Made by a program: the position numbers and the translations under genes. This document shows positions 15,380 through 24,396 of a stretch of 34,184 bases of DNA, piece after piece. This DNA comes from an uncultured Rikenellaceae bacterium (GTDB lineage: Bacteria > Bacteroidota > Bacteroidia > Bacteroidales > VadinHA17): the NCBI GenBank assembly GCA_964500155.1, contig CAZCQC010000002.1, positions 1 through 34,184 of the forward strand, given 5' to 3'. Positions within the stretch are counted from its first letter, which is position 1. Every line of letters begins with the position of its first letter. The notes under the pieces were generated by a model, which was not told the DNA's origin, searched no databases, and worked only from the letters and a program-made list of their open reading frames with translations.

Positions 15380-17161
15380 TTGTACACTTCCGGCAAAAAT
15401 AATGACCTGAGAAAGAGTGGCCAGTTTTTGTTACCGGTCAGTAAACCTCTTTGTGCAGAAGGGAAATATGATATTTTCCCTTCGCTCAAAATAAATGATA
15501 ATCAGGTTTTTAAAGGATTCACATCACTTGCCAGCAAAATAAAAAGGTTCAGGACTGTTACCATAGACGGATATAATGGTGTATTTTTTGACATTTTTCA
15601 GGTTCAGCTTGATAAAATCCTCGCGAAGGATGGCTACAAGATTTCATGGAAAAAGACTTCCGTTTTTTACAAGCCAGAATGGCAGATCCTTGAAATGACT
15701 GCTCCTTTCTTGGGCGGGGATGATCCTCTTTTCGGGAGAAGGACAACCTTGACCCTGGAAGATTATTTCATTATGGAAAGGCTTAGATCAGTCCGACCCG
15801 AAGAGTATTATGATATCAATATTTTGATAGGTCCGGGTGCGGCACTGGCCGCATGGGAAGGACTGATTATCTATATTGACATCCCAAAAAATGAAATTCA
15901 GTTCCGTTCGAGGGCAGGCACCATTTCAAATCTTGGAACAGCAGCTGTTTCCGATCCGAAAGTAATGTATAAACGATTTTACTTCATCGACTGGATTGTT
16001 CTGAATAAACATAAACAAAAAACTCTGCCTTCCGTAGATATATTCGTCGACGGACAACGAGCGGAAATGCCGGTTTGGATTGAAGGACCAATTTTGAGGG
16101 AATCCCTTTGGCATATGAGCCGGAATGTTTTCAGGGTAAGGCCATGGTTTGAACCCGGAGCATGGGGCGGGACCTGGATAAAGAATAATATTACCGGGTT
16201 GAATAAAAACGTACTTAATTATGCGTGGTCGTTTGAGCTTATCACTCCTGAAAACGGTCTTCTGATCGAAAGTTCAACTGTTCTCTGCGAGGTTTCGTTC
16301 GACTGCCTTATGTACCAGGAGGCAGAAGCTGTTTTAGGAGATTGTTATCAGAAATTCGGTACTGATTTCCCTATCCGGTTCGATTTTCTTGATACATTCG
16401 AAGGCGGTAATCTTTCACTGCAGTGCCATCCCCGGCTACAGTATATGAAGGATAATTTCGGTGAGAATTTTACACAGGAAGAGACGTATTATATTCTTGA
16501 CACCAAAGATAATGCAAGTGTCTTTCTGGGTTTCCGCGATAATATTGAACCTGAAAATTTCAGAAAGGAACTTGAAAATAGCGTTGAACATAACACAGCC
16601 TTCGATCCTGAAAAATATATCTTACGGCACCAGGTAAGGAAACACGATCTTTTGCTTATTCCATACGGCACAATTCATGGTTCCGGAAAGGACAATCTTG
16701 TTCTTGAAATAAGCACAACACCTTATATTTTTACCTTCAAGATGTATGACTGGTTAAGGCCTGATCTTGACGGGAAACCCAGAACGCTGAATATTGACAG
16801 GGGAATGACCAATCTTTTCTTTGACAGAAAAGGAGATTATGTGAATGAGAATCTAATCGCGAGGCCGGAAATGCTTGACAGTGGTTCAGACTGGAGGTTA
16901 TTCCATCTGCCGACCCATGAAACTCATTCATACGATATTCATCGCTATCATTTTCAAAGTACAATTGATATCCTGACAAACAACAAATGCCTGGTAATGA
17001 GTCTTACAGAGGGTCAAAGCATAGATATTGAAACAATGAATGGATTCAAAACAGCTTTTTGTTATGCTGAGACTTTCGTCATTCCGGCGGAAGCTGAAAG
17101 CGTAAGAATAACAAACAATTCATCATCAGAAGCTGTGCTTGTTATGGCATTTATGAAATAG
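15380..17161 (+). CDS. Phosphomannose-isomerase-like cupin protein with a long N-terminal extension (start codon uncertain)
   Basis: The C-terminal half has type I PMI-like metal-site spacing: LSLQCHP (Q-x-H), FTQEETYYILD (Glu) and YGTIHGSG (His). There is no in-frame ATG near the 5' end; the candidates are TTG at 15380 or 15428. The stop lies 16 nt before the GH38 gene. Confidence 0.6.
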   Translation: MYTSGKNNDLRKSGQFLLPVSKPLCAEGKYDIFPSLKINDNQVFKGFTSLASKIKRFRTVTIDGYNGVFFDIFQVQLDKILAKDGYKISWKKTSVFYKPEWQILEMTAPFLGGDDPLFGRRTTLTLEDYFIMERLRSVRPEEYYDINILIGPGAALAAWEGLIIYIDIPKNEIQFRSRAGTISNLGTAAVSDPKVMYKRFYFIDWIVLNKHKQKTLPSVDIFVDGQRAEMPVWIEGPILRESLWHMSRNVFRVRPWFEPGAWGGTWIKNNITGLNKNVLNYAWSFELITPENGLLIESSTVLCEVSFDCLMYQEAEAVLGDCYQKFGTDFPIRFDFLDTFEGGNLSLQCHPRLQYMKDNFGENFTQEETYYILDTKDNASVFLGFRDNIEPENFRKELENSVEHNTAFDPEKYILRHQVRKHDLLLIPYGTIHGSGKDNLVLEISTTPYIFTFKMYDWLRPDLDGKPRTLNIDRGMTNLFFDRKGDYVNENLIARPEMLDSGSDWRLFHLPTHETHSYDIHRYHFQSTIDILTNNKCLVMSLTEGQSIDIETMNGFKTAFCYAETFVIPAEAESVRITNNSSSEAVLVMAFMK

Positions 17162-17177
17162 GGAAATAAATAAATAT

Positions 17178-20100
17178 ATGAAGAAGTCATTTTTATTATT
17201 TGCACTGACCTTATATTGTTCAGTGTTACTGTTGAAGGCTCAGTCATTCACCAATTCCGAGGATGAACTGGTGAATGGTTATTCGGGTAAAATCTCAGGT
17301 ACTGATTTTGAGTATCACTCGTGCATCCCCGGGCTTCGACAGAGCATTATTATCAGGGCTGAAAGCGCTAATGATTTTATGGAGTGGGAAACTGATGCTC
17401 CCTTTCTCAGGGAGAAAAAGAAATATACAGCATTCATCTGGGTTACAGCAATCGGCTCCAGTCCCGGAAATGCCCGAATGTATCTTACGACTGACCTGAA
17501 CCACAGGTTTGGTTTCAATACTGATGGCCTTCCGGCCTGGACCATGGATTCAGATGATGGTTCCAGTCTGAGCTTTAATTCAATAATGACCGATCAGCAC
17601 GGAGATCACCACGGATACATGATATTGCGGATTCCATCGGGAAAACTGATTAAGGGAAAACCTCTCAGGATCAAAGTTTCAGGAAGCAAATCAAATCTTA
17701 CATCATGGTACATGACCTATAAACAACAGGTTAAAACCGGGGTGGCTCTTAATCCCTTTCCCGCTATCATTAAGCAAAACAATGCACTCCTTCAGCTTGT
17801 TGAAGCAGCAATATTCTATTTTGGGAAAGAAACCGATTGTAAAATCTATGCCAATGATAAGCTGGTTTCCAGTGCACCTTTGAAATTTGGCTATAACACA
17901 GTAAACATAGGACTTCCACCGGTTCTGAAACCATCCAGAATCAATCTTAAAGTCATTGCCGGTGATTTTTCAGTGTCAAATATTGTTACTCTTAATCCTG
18001 TTAAAAAATGGAATGTGGATTTTATCCAGCATTCGCATACTGATATCGGCTATACCAGGTCACAAACCGAGATCCTGGCAGAGCATCTCAGGTATATTGA
18101 TTATGCTCTTGATTACTGTGACGCAACAGACAATTATCCGGACAATGCAAAATTCAGGTGGACCTGCGAAGCATCATGGCCCGTGGATGAGTTTCTAAAA
18201 TGCCGGCCTGCAGAACAGGTCGAACGTCTTATCAGACGTATAAAGGAAGGCCGCATTGAAGTTACAGGTATGTATTTCAACTTCGATGAGCTCCCGGATG
18301 AGCAAATATTGGCTGCTTCGCTAGCAGCTGCAGGCCGGATCAGGGCCAGAGGCATCCCTGTAACTCTTGCGATGCAAAACGATGTAAACGGGATTGGCTG
18401 GTGTATGAATGACTATTTCAACCAGCTTGGCATTAAATACCTTAATATGGGCACACATGGACATCGTGCACTTATCTGTTTTGACAAACCAACAATGTTC
18501 TGGTGGGAATCTCCCTCCGGAAATCGGATCCTTACTTTCAGGGCTGAACATTACATGACCGGAAATACTCTTCTTGAGATCCAGAACGGGGACCTGAATA
18601 AGTTCCAGTACAACCTGCTTACATATTTGAAGAACCTTGAAACCATGAAATATCCGTTTGATGAAATGGCTATTCAATTATCAGGCTATCTGACAGATAA
18701 TTCACCTCCTTCAACACTGGCAAGCGAAATGATAAAAAAGTGGGATGAAGTTTTCGAGTGGCCTAAAATTTCGAATACAACGACTGAATCATTCTTCAGG
18801 AAGATGGAGAAAGAACACGGAAACGACTTCCCTGTAATAAGAGGGGCATGGCCAGACTGGTGGACTGACGGTTTCGGTTCAGCTGCAAGAGAGACTTCAG
18901 TCACCCGAAAAGCGGCTGCCGCATTTAAAGCAAATGCCGGAGCTCTTTCAATGGCAGCCATTGCAGGCATTAAGCTTCCTGAAGGTACTAAAAGTAAAAT
19001 TGACCTGGTTAATGATGCCCTGATGTTTTATACCGAACATACCACAGGATATTCTGAGAGTGTCAGAGAGCCATTCAGCCAGCCTACTATGGAGCAAAGG
19101 GCTCTGAAGGAATCCTATGCATGGGAAGCTAACCGACGTACTGCATCACTTGGGGAGGATGCATTGGGATTATTGCAAAGCATGTTTAAAAGGGAAAAAG
19201 AACCATCTCTGATTGTCTTTAACACCCTGAATTGGAATAGATCAGGCCAGGCGGTGATTTATGTTGATCACCAGATAGTCCCGCGGGGAAGTACAGCAGG
19301 AATATACGATATTGACGGAGCTCGTGTTCCTGTACAGGCCCTGTCGTACCGCTCTGACGGAACATACTGGACAGTATGGCTGGATGATATCCCGGCGTTT
19401 GGATTTAAGAAATACCTGATCCGTCCCCTTAATGGAGAAACCAGCAAAATCAGCAGGGAAGCACCGGCATTGCTTGAAAACAAGTGGTATAAAATCATTC
19501 CTGACTATTCAAAAGGAATCATCAGATCCTGGTTTGATAAAGATCTATCACTTGAACTTGTAGACAAGAATTCAGAGTACGGGATGGCTGAATTTATCCT
19601 CGAGCAGCTCGGAAACAGAAGCCAGATGGAAAGGAAAATGCTTGTTGATTTTAAAAGAACTCCACTTGATACAATATGGTTTGATTCGGTTACACAAGGT
19701 CCTGTTTTTAACAGCATCCGGTTCTATGGTGAATCTGAAACAACAATTAATCCAAAAGGTTATTCATTCGAAATAAGGCTTTACAATACCGAAAAGCGGG
19801 TTGAAATTGTCTGTTCAATCATTAAAAAAGGCATCACAGATCCCGAAAGTTTTTACATCGCTTTCCCGTTTAATCTTAAGGACGGTAAACACTTTACTGA
19901 AGTACAGGGGGGAATAATTGAAACGGGCAAAGATCAGATCAAAGGCTCTTCCAACGACTGGTACACTGTTCAGAATTTCACCACCGTCAGGAACTCAGAA
20001 ACACAGCTGGTTATGGGTTGCAATGAAATGCCATTGATGCAGCTTGGAGCTATCAATACAGGACGATACCAGGCCGGGGCATTGCCTCAGAGTACACATG

Positions 20101-20549
20101 TCTTTTCATGGCCGATGAATAATTACTGGGTCACTAATTTCAATGCCGACCAGAGGGGAGGACATACCTGGACCTATTGCCTGACAACATCAGATGATAT
20201 TTCAGACAGCTTCGCATCCCGTTTCGGGTGGGGCTCACGGGTACCATACCTGACAAGGATCCTTCCGGGTGAAGGTACCGGGGATGATGAAAGCGAGGGG
20301 TCATTTATTGAAGGATGGCCTGTGAATGTCCTTCTGATAAGTGCCTATCCTTCTGATGATGGAAAAACAATACTTATCCATCTGCGGGAGACAGATGGAA
20401 AAGAGGCTCACCTCAGCCTTAATAACGGAATTACCGGCAAACAACTCGATATCTCAGGATCTGATGTTACCGGCAGACCCATTATTGATTCTGATAATAT
20501 CATAAAACCTCTTGAATCAAAATTCTTTTTAATACAAACAGGTTTTTAA
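17178..20549 (+). CDS. Secreted glycoside hydrolase family 38-like protein (alpha-mannosidase-like)
   Basis: Signal peptide (LLLKAQS). After about 280 aa come GH38 N-domain motifs: IQHSHTDIGYT (H-x-H-x-D metal site), AKFRWTCEASW, GRIEVTGMYFNFDELPDE and AMQNDVNG (candidate nucleophile Asp). Confidence 0.7.
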   Translation: MKKSFLLFALTLYCSVLLLKAQSFTNSEDELVNGYSGKISGTDFEYHSCIPGLRQSIIIRAESANDFMEWETDAPFLREKKKYTAFIWVTAIGSSPGNARMYLTTDLNHRFGFNTDGLPAWTMDSDDGSSLSFNSIMTDQHGDHHGYMILRIPSGKLIKGKPLRIKVSGSKSNLTSWYMTYKQQVKTGVALNPFPAIIKQNNALLQLVEAAIFYFGKETDCKIYANDKLVSSAPLKFGYNTVNIGLPPVLKPSRINLKVIAGDFSVSNIVTLNPVKKWNVDFIQHSHTDIGYTRSQTEILAEHLRYIDYALDYCDATDNYPDNAKFRWTCEASWPVDEFLKCRPAEQVERLIRRIKEGRIEVTGMYFNFDELPDEQILAASLAAAGRIRARGIPVTLAMQNDVNGIGWCMNDYFNQLGIKYLNMGTHGHRALICFDKPTMFWWESPSGNRILTFRAEHYMTGNTLLEIQNGDLNKFQYNLLTYLKNLETMKYPFDEMAIQLSGYLTDNSPPSTLASEMIKKWDEVFEWPKISNTTTESFFRKMEKEHGNDFPVIRGAWPDWWTDGFGSAARETSVTRKAAAAFKANAGALSMAAIAGIKLPEGTKSKIDLVNDALMFYTEHTTGYSESVREPFSQPTMEQRALKESYAWEANRRTASLGEDALGLLQSMFKREKEPSLIVFNTLNWNRSGQAVIYVDHQIVPRGSTAGIYDIDGARVPVQALSYRSDGTYWTVWLDDIPAFGFKKYLIRPLNGETSKISREAPALLENKWYKIIPDYSKGIIRSWFDKDLSLELVDKNSEYGMAEFILEQLGNRSQMERKMLVDFKRTPLDTIWFDSVTQGPVFNSIRFYGESETTINPKGYSFEIRLYNTEKRVEIVCSIIKKGITDPESFYIAFPFNLKDGKHFTEVQGGIIETGKDQIKGSSNDWYTVQNFTTVRNSETQLVMGCNEMPLMQLGAINTGRYQAGALPQSTHVFSWPMNNYWVTNFNADQRGGHTWTYCLTTSDDISDSFASRFGWGSRVPYLTRILPGEGTGDDESEGSFIEGWPVNVLLISAYPSDDGKTILIHLRETDGKEAHLSLNNGITGKQLDISGSDVTGRPIIDSDNIIKPLESKFFLIQTGF

Positions 20550-20583
20550 TTTATAAATAAGATGAACTTTGTAACTTGACCAG

Positions 20584-21018
20584 ATGATTAATGAATATAA
20601 CCAAAATCCAATGCAGGAACCCGGATATTTACACAGCACTGAGTTTACAGTAAGAGACTATGAATGTGACATACAGGGTGTGGTGAACAACGCAAATTAT
20701 CAGCACTATCTTGAGCATGCAAGGCACGAATTCCTGACATCACGGGGGATCAGTTTTGCCAGGCTCCACGAAGAAGGAACTGACCTCATCGTAACAAAAG
20801 TTGAAATTGAGTATAAATTTCCTTTAAGAAGCCGTGACATGTTTAGTGTAAAGACAAATATTCAGAGGGAGGGAAATATCAGGCTTGCGTTCCTGCAGGA
20901 TATTTACAGGACAGATGATATGAAGCTCATTGTGCGCGCAAAGATTACGGGGGCCGCAACAAAGAACGGGAAGCCGGTTTACCCGGGGGAAGTACTTAAA
21001 AAGCTTGGATTAGATTAA
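20584..21018 (+). CDS. Acyl-CoA thioesterase, hotdog fold (YbgC/4HBT family)
   Basis: 144 aa. VRDYECDIQGVVNNANYQHYLEHARHEFL is the typical 4HBT N-terminal catalytic Asp context. Confidence 0.8.
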   Translation: MINEYNQNPMQEPGYLHSTEFTVRDYECDIQGVVNNANYQHYLEHARHEFLTSRGISFARLHEEGTDLIVTKVEIEYKFPLRSRDMFSVKTNIQREGNIRLAFLQDIYRTDDMKLIVRAKITGAATKNGKPVYPGEVLKKLGLD

Positions 21019-21044
21019 AATAAAAATTGAAATAAAGAAATAAA

Positions 21045-23225
21045 ATGAAACACAAGAAATTGACAACTACCGGGTTATGCATAGCGGCCTTTATGATCTT
21101 TACTATGTTCAACACCTACTCACAGTCTATTGAGGGCGACTGGTACGGGAAAGCCAATATACAGGGAATAGAACTCAGGCTCGTCGTTCATGTAAAGTCT
21201 GCTGACCAGGGTTATACTTCCACCTGGGACAGTCCCGACCAGGGAGCATTTGGGATTGCCTCAACAACTACAGCCTTCAGCTTTCCCGATTTTTCATTCA
21301 CTCATGCGGGAGCCGGGTTTAAATATGCCGGAAAAGTAAATACCACATATACCGAAATAACGGGTAAACTTGAGCAGGGAGGACTTAAGCTCGACATTAC
21401 TTTCGGAAGAACACCTATTGAAGCAGCTTCTAACAGCCCTGATGGCCTGAAGCTGAAATATGATAAGCAGGAAGTTTACATAACCATGAGGGATGGTGTG
21501 AAGTTGTTCACATCGATATATACACCAAAGAACGCTTCTGTAAATCATCCCATCTTGCTTAACAGGACACCTTATAACATAGAACCCGGAGGGCCATCCA
21601 ATTTTAATTTCTTTATGCAGCTTTATTCAAGATATGTGGAAGAAGAATATATAATGGTTTATCAGGATGTCAGGGGAAAATACATGAGCGAAGGTGTGTT
21701 TGAAGATATCAGGCCTGTTATCCCGGTAAAGAATAACAATAAAGATATTGATGAAACAACTGACACATGGGATACAGTTGACTGGCTTATCAGGAATGTC
21801 AGGAATAACAATGGAAATGTTGGTATTTTCGGAATATCATACCCCGGATTTTATTCCACCATGGGAATTATTAATGCACATCCGGCTGTAAAGGCTGTTT
21901 CTCCCCAGGCTCCGGTTACTGCATGGTTCATAGGTGATGATTTTCACCATAATGGTGCATTCTTCCTGCAAGACTGTTTTAATTTTTATTACAGCAACGG
22001 GCAGCCTCACAGGAAGCCAACGCGGGGGGGACACCCGTCATTCAGATATCCGGTTCCGGATAATTATGAGTTCTTTTTATCTCTTGGTGCAGTCAAAAAT
22101 ATTGCTCCTAAATACCTGGGGGACAGCATTAAATTCTGGAACGATGCATTTTCACATCCCGATTATGACGATTTCTGGAAGACACGGGATCCGCGCCAGT
22201 ATCTGAAGAATGTGACTCCGGCTGTAATGACGGTGGGCGGATGGTTCGATGCTGAAGACCTGTACGGAGCCCTTAACACATACGAAGCAATTGAAAAGCA
22301 GAATCCTGCTGAAACAGGGAATTTCATTGTAATGGGCCCCTGGTCTCACGGACAGTGGGCTTTTGGTGCAGCTAAAAATCTTGGTAATATTTACTGGGGA
22401 CTTGATGCAAACCAAAAATATGTAGTCCAGGAGGAAAACTTCTTTAATTATTACCTGAAGGGAGTCGGGAATCCCACACTTCCTGAGGCTTTAATATTTG
22501 TCACAGGATCCAATGAATGGAAAGAATTTGCAACCTGGCCTCCGAAAAATACTGTCGAAAAGAATCTTTATTTTCATTCCGGCGAAGCTGCATCATTCCA
22601 GCCTCCGGTGACCAAAACATCTTTTGATGAATATGTTTCTGACCCATCGAATCCGGTACCATATACAGAAGATGTCCATACCAACAGAACAGAAGCATAT
22701 ATGACTGACGATCAAAGGTTTGCTTCAAGACGTCCCGATGTAATGGTTTATCAAACTGATATCCTCACTGAAGATATAACTCTGGCAGGGCCTGTAAATG
22801 CTGATCTCTTTGTCACAACGACAGGAACAGATGCTGATTTTGTGGTTAAACTGATTGACGTTTTTCCTCCCGATTCAAAAGCTGATGACCCTGATTTGAA
22901 ATATCCGCTTGGAGGTTATCAGATGCTTGTCCGAGGTGAGGTTTTCAGAGGTAAATACCGCAAAAGCTTCGAGAAGCCTGAACCTTTTGTCCCCGGACAG
23001 GTGACCGAAGTAAGATATGAGATCCCTGATGTTGCGCATACATTTAAAAAGGGGCACAGGATTATGGTCCAGGTTCAGAATTCATGGTTCCCTCTTGTTG
23101 ACAGGAATCCGCAGAAATTCATAAATATTTACAAGTGCTCCGACAGTGACTTTCAGAAAGCAACCCAGAGGATATATCATGATTCCAGAAATCCTTCACA
23201 TATAAAGGTTAACATCCTTCAATAA
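21045..23225 (+). CDS. CocE/NonD family hydrolase (S15 Xaa-Pro dipeptidyl-peptidase-like), secreted
   Basis: Signal peptide. RTPYN, GISYPGFY (nucleophile Ser) and GPWSHG (His) motifs. C-terminal beta-sandwich-like region ending HRIMVQVQNSWFP. Confidence 0.8.
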   Translation: MKHKKLTTTGLCIAAFMIFTMFNTYSQSIEGDWYGKANIQGIELRLVVHVKSADQGYTSTWDSPDQGAFGIASTTTAFSFPDFSFTHAGAGFKYAGKVNTTYTEITGKLEQGGLKLDITFGRTPIEAASNSPDGLKLKYDKQEVYITMRDGVKLFTSIYTPKNASVNHPILLNRTPYNIEPGGPSNFNFFMQLYSRYVEEEYIMVYQDVRGKYMSEGVFEDIRPVIPVKNNNKDIDETTDTWDTVDWLIRNVRNNNGNVGIFGISYPGFYSTMGIINAHPAVKAVSPQAPVTAWFIGDDFHHNGAFFLQDCFNFYYSNGQPHRKPTRGGHPSFRYPVPDNYEFFLSLGAVKNIAPKYLGDSIKFWNDAFSHPDYDDFWKTRDPRQYLKNVTPAVMTVGGWFDAEDLYGALNTYEAIEKQNPAETGNFIVMGPWSHGQWAFGAAKNLGNIYWGLDANQKYVVQEENFFNYYLKGVGNPTLPEALIFVTGSNEWKEFATWPPKNTVEKNLYFHSGEAASFQPPVTKTSFDEYVSDPSNPVPYTEDVHTNRTEAYMTDDQRFASRRPDVMVYQTDILTEDITLAGPVNADLFVTTTGTDADFVVKLIDVFPPDSKADDPDLKYPLGGYQMLVRGEVFRGKYRKSFEKPEPFVPGQVTEVRYEIPDVAHTFKKGHRIMVQVQNSWFPLVDRNPQKFINIYKCSDSDFQKATQRIYHDSRNPSHIKVNILQ

Positions 23226-23303
23226 AGAACCGGATTATGATTTTATGAACATAAAATATCTTTATTTTGTTTCCATATAAATAATTGATACAAATCCAGA
23301 ATT

Positions 23304-24215
23304 ATGGGAAAAAAGAATTTTACCAGAAGGCAGTTCCTGGCTACAATGGCAGCAGGTACCGGAACAGTGATTATGGGCAACGCAGTAAATGCAATTCCTT
23401 TAGAGATGAATGCCCGGATGTTCGACCCTTTTCAGATGGTCACCCTGGGAAAGACAGGGATCAAAACCACACTTCTGGGCATGGGAACAGGGTATAGCGG
23501 CTATAACCGTTCCTCAAATATTACAAGGGCGGGTGTTGCAGAATCTGTTATCAGGGCTGCCTATGAAAGAGGTATCCGTTATTTTGACTGCGCCGACAGT
23601 TACGGAACGCATCCTTTCACCCAGGCCGCACTTAAAGGTATCCCCAGGGAAAAATATGTACTGGGAACAAAAATGTGGGTGACAGCAGGGGGCATTCCTG
23701 AAAAGGAGAGGCCTGATTCGGCAATTGTCGTTGACCGTTTCAGAAAAGAACTGAATACTGATTATATTGATCTTGTCCAGCTGCATTGCATGACAACAGG
23801 AGAATGGTCTGACGAGCAGAAGAGATTTATGGACGGTCTTGAAAACCTGAAAGCAAAAAAGATAATCATGGCACATGGATTATCGGTACATTCCTTTGAT
23901 GCACTCAAAGTGGCTTCTGAGCATCCGTGGGTAGATGTGATCCATGTCAGGATAAATCCTTTTGGAGAAGCCATGGATCAACGTGATCCTTCGCTTGTTG
24001 TTCCGGTTATTGAAAAGTTCCATAAGGCAGGAAAAGGGGTGATTGGAATGAAGCTGATAGGCGGGGGTAAGCTTAAGGATGACCCTCAGAAGATTGAAGA
24101 ATCGCTCAAATTTGTTCTGGGACTTGGAACTGTTGACATGATAATAATCGGTTTTGAAAAGCCGGAGCAGATCGATAATTATATTGAAAGGATTAAGAAG
24201 GTTCAAAAAGGATAA
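23304..24215 (+). CDS. Aldo/keto reductase with N-terminal twin-arginine (Tat) signal
   Basis: TRRQFLATMAAGTGTVIMGNAVNA Tat-type leader. AKR catalytic contexts FDCADSYG (Asp, Tyr), GTKMW (Lys) and LVQLHCM (His). Confidence 0.85.
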   Translation: MGKKNFTRRQFLATMAAGTGTVIMGNAVNAIPLEMNARMFDPFQMVTLGKTGIKTTLLGMGTGYSGYNRSSNITRAGVAESVIRAAYERGIRYFDCADSYGTHPFTQAALKGIPREKYVLGTKMWVTAGGIPEKERPDSAIVVDRFRKELNTDYIDLVQLHCMTTGEWSDEQKRFMDGLENLKAKKIIMAHGLSVHSFDALKVASEHPWVDVIHVRINPFGEAMDQRDPSLVVPVIEKFHKAGKGVIGMKLIGGGKLKDDPQKIEESLKFVLGLGTVDMIIIGFEKPEQIDNYIERIKKVQKG

Positions 24216-24235
24216 GACGGTTTTAATCATTTGTA

Positions 24236-24368
24236 AACCACCCTGTCCGCCAGCTGGCGGACACCCCTCCTTCAAAAGGAGGGGAAAGGATTGATTTACA
24301 ACACATAAACTTTCTCCTCCTTGAAAGGAGGAGTACCCCTGACGTTTACTGTCAGGGGGGAGGTGGTT
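24236..24368. repeat. Intergenic array of four consecutive GC-rich hairpins (palindromic repeat family, locus A)
   Basis: GTCCGCCAGCTGGCGGAC (24245-24262, perfect palindrome). CCCCTCC-ttcaaaa-GGAGGGG (24264-24284). CTCCTCC-ttgaaa-GGAGGAG (24314-24333). CCCCTGAC-gtttact-GTCAGGGG (24336-24358). Weak 7-bp outer inverted repeat AACCACC/GGTGGTT (24236-24242 and 24362-24368). Confidence 0.75.
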
Positions 24369-24396
24369 GATTTTTAATATTCTAATTTATTTTATA

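Noticed and set aside
17275-19717. Multiple 70-120-aa ORFs overlapping the GH38-like gene on both strands
   Set aside because: They lie inside a long gene with clear family motifs. Their composition is typical of out-of-frame translation.
23285-23974. Alternative-frame and antisense ORFs over the aldo/keto reductase gene (23285-23497, 23410-23682, 23514-23876, 23762-23974, and 23880-24275 extending into the repeat)
   Set aside because: The AKR frame carries the Tat leader and catalytic motifs. The others are low-complexity shadows, one of which reads through the hairpin array.
24264-24333. Two similar hairpins (CCCCTCC...GGAGGGG and CTCCTCC...GGAGGAG) 50 nt apart, considered as a mini CRISPR array
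   Set aside because: There are only two imperfect copies, each about 20 nt with an internal loop. There is no regular repeat-spacer periodicity and no cas genes in the window.
24276-24396. AGGAGG Shine-Dalgarno-like sequences, considered as ribosome-binding sites for small peptides
   Set aside because: The only starts at suitable spacing (TTG at about 24291 and GTG at about 24363) open reading frames of about 5 codons. The AGGAGG motifs are also sequestered in hairpin stems.
24367-24396. TTG-initiated extension of the SMP-30 ORF
   Set aside because: It starts inside the repeat element. The ATG at 24397 gives a canonical signal peptide.
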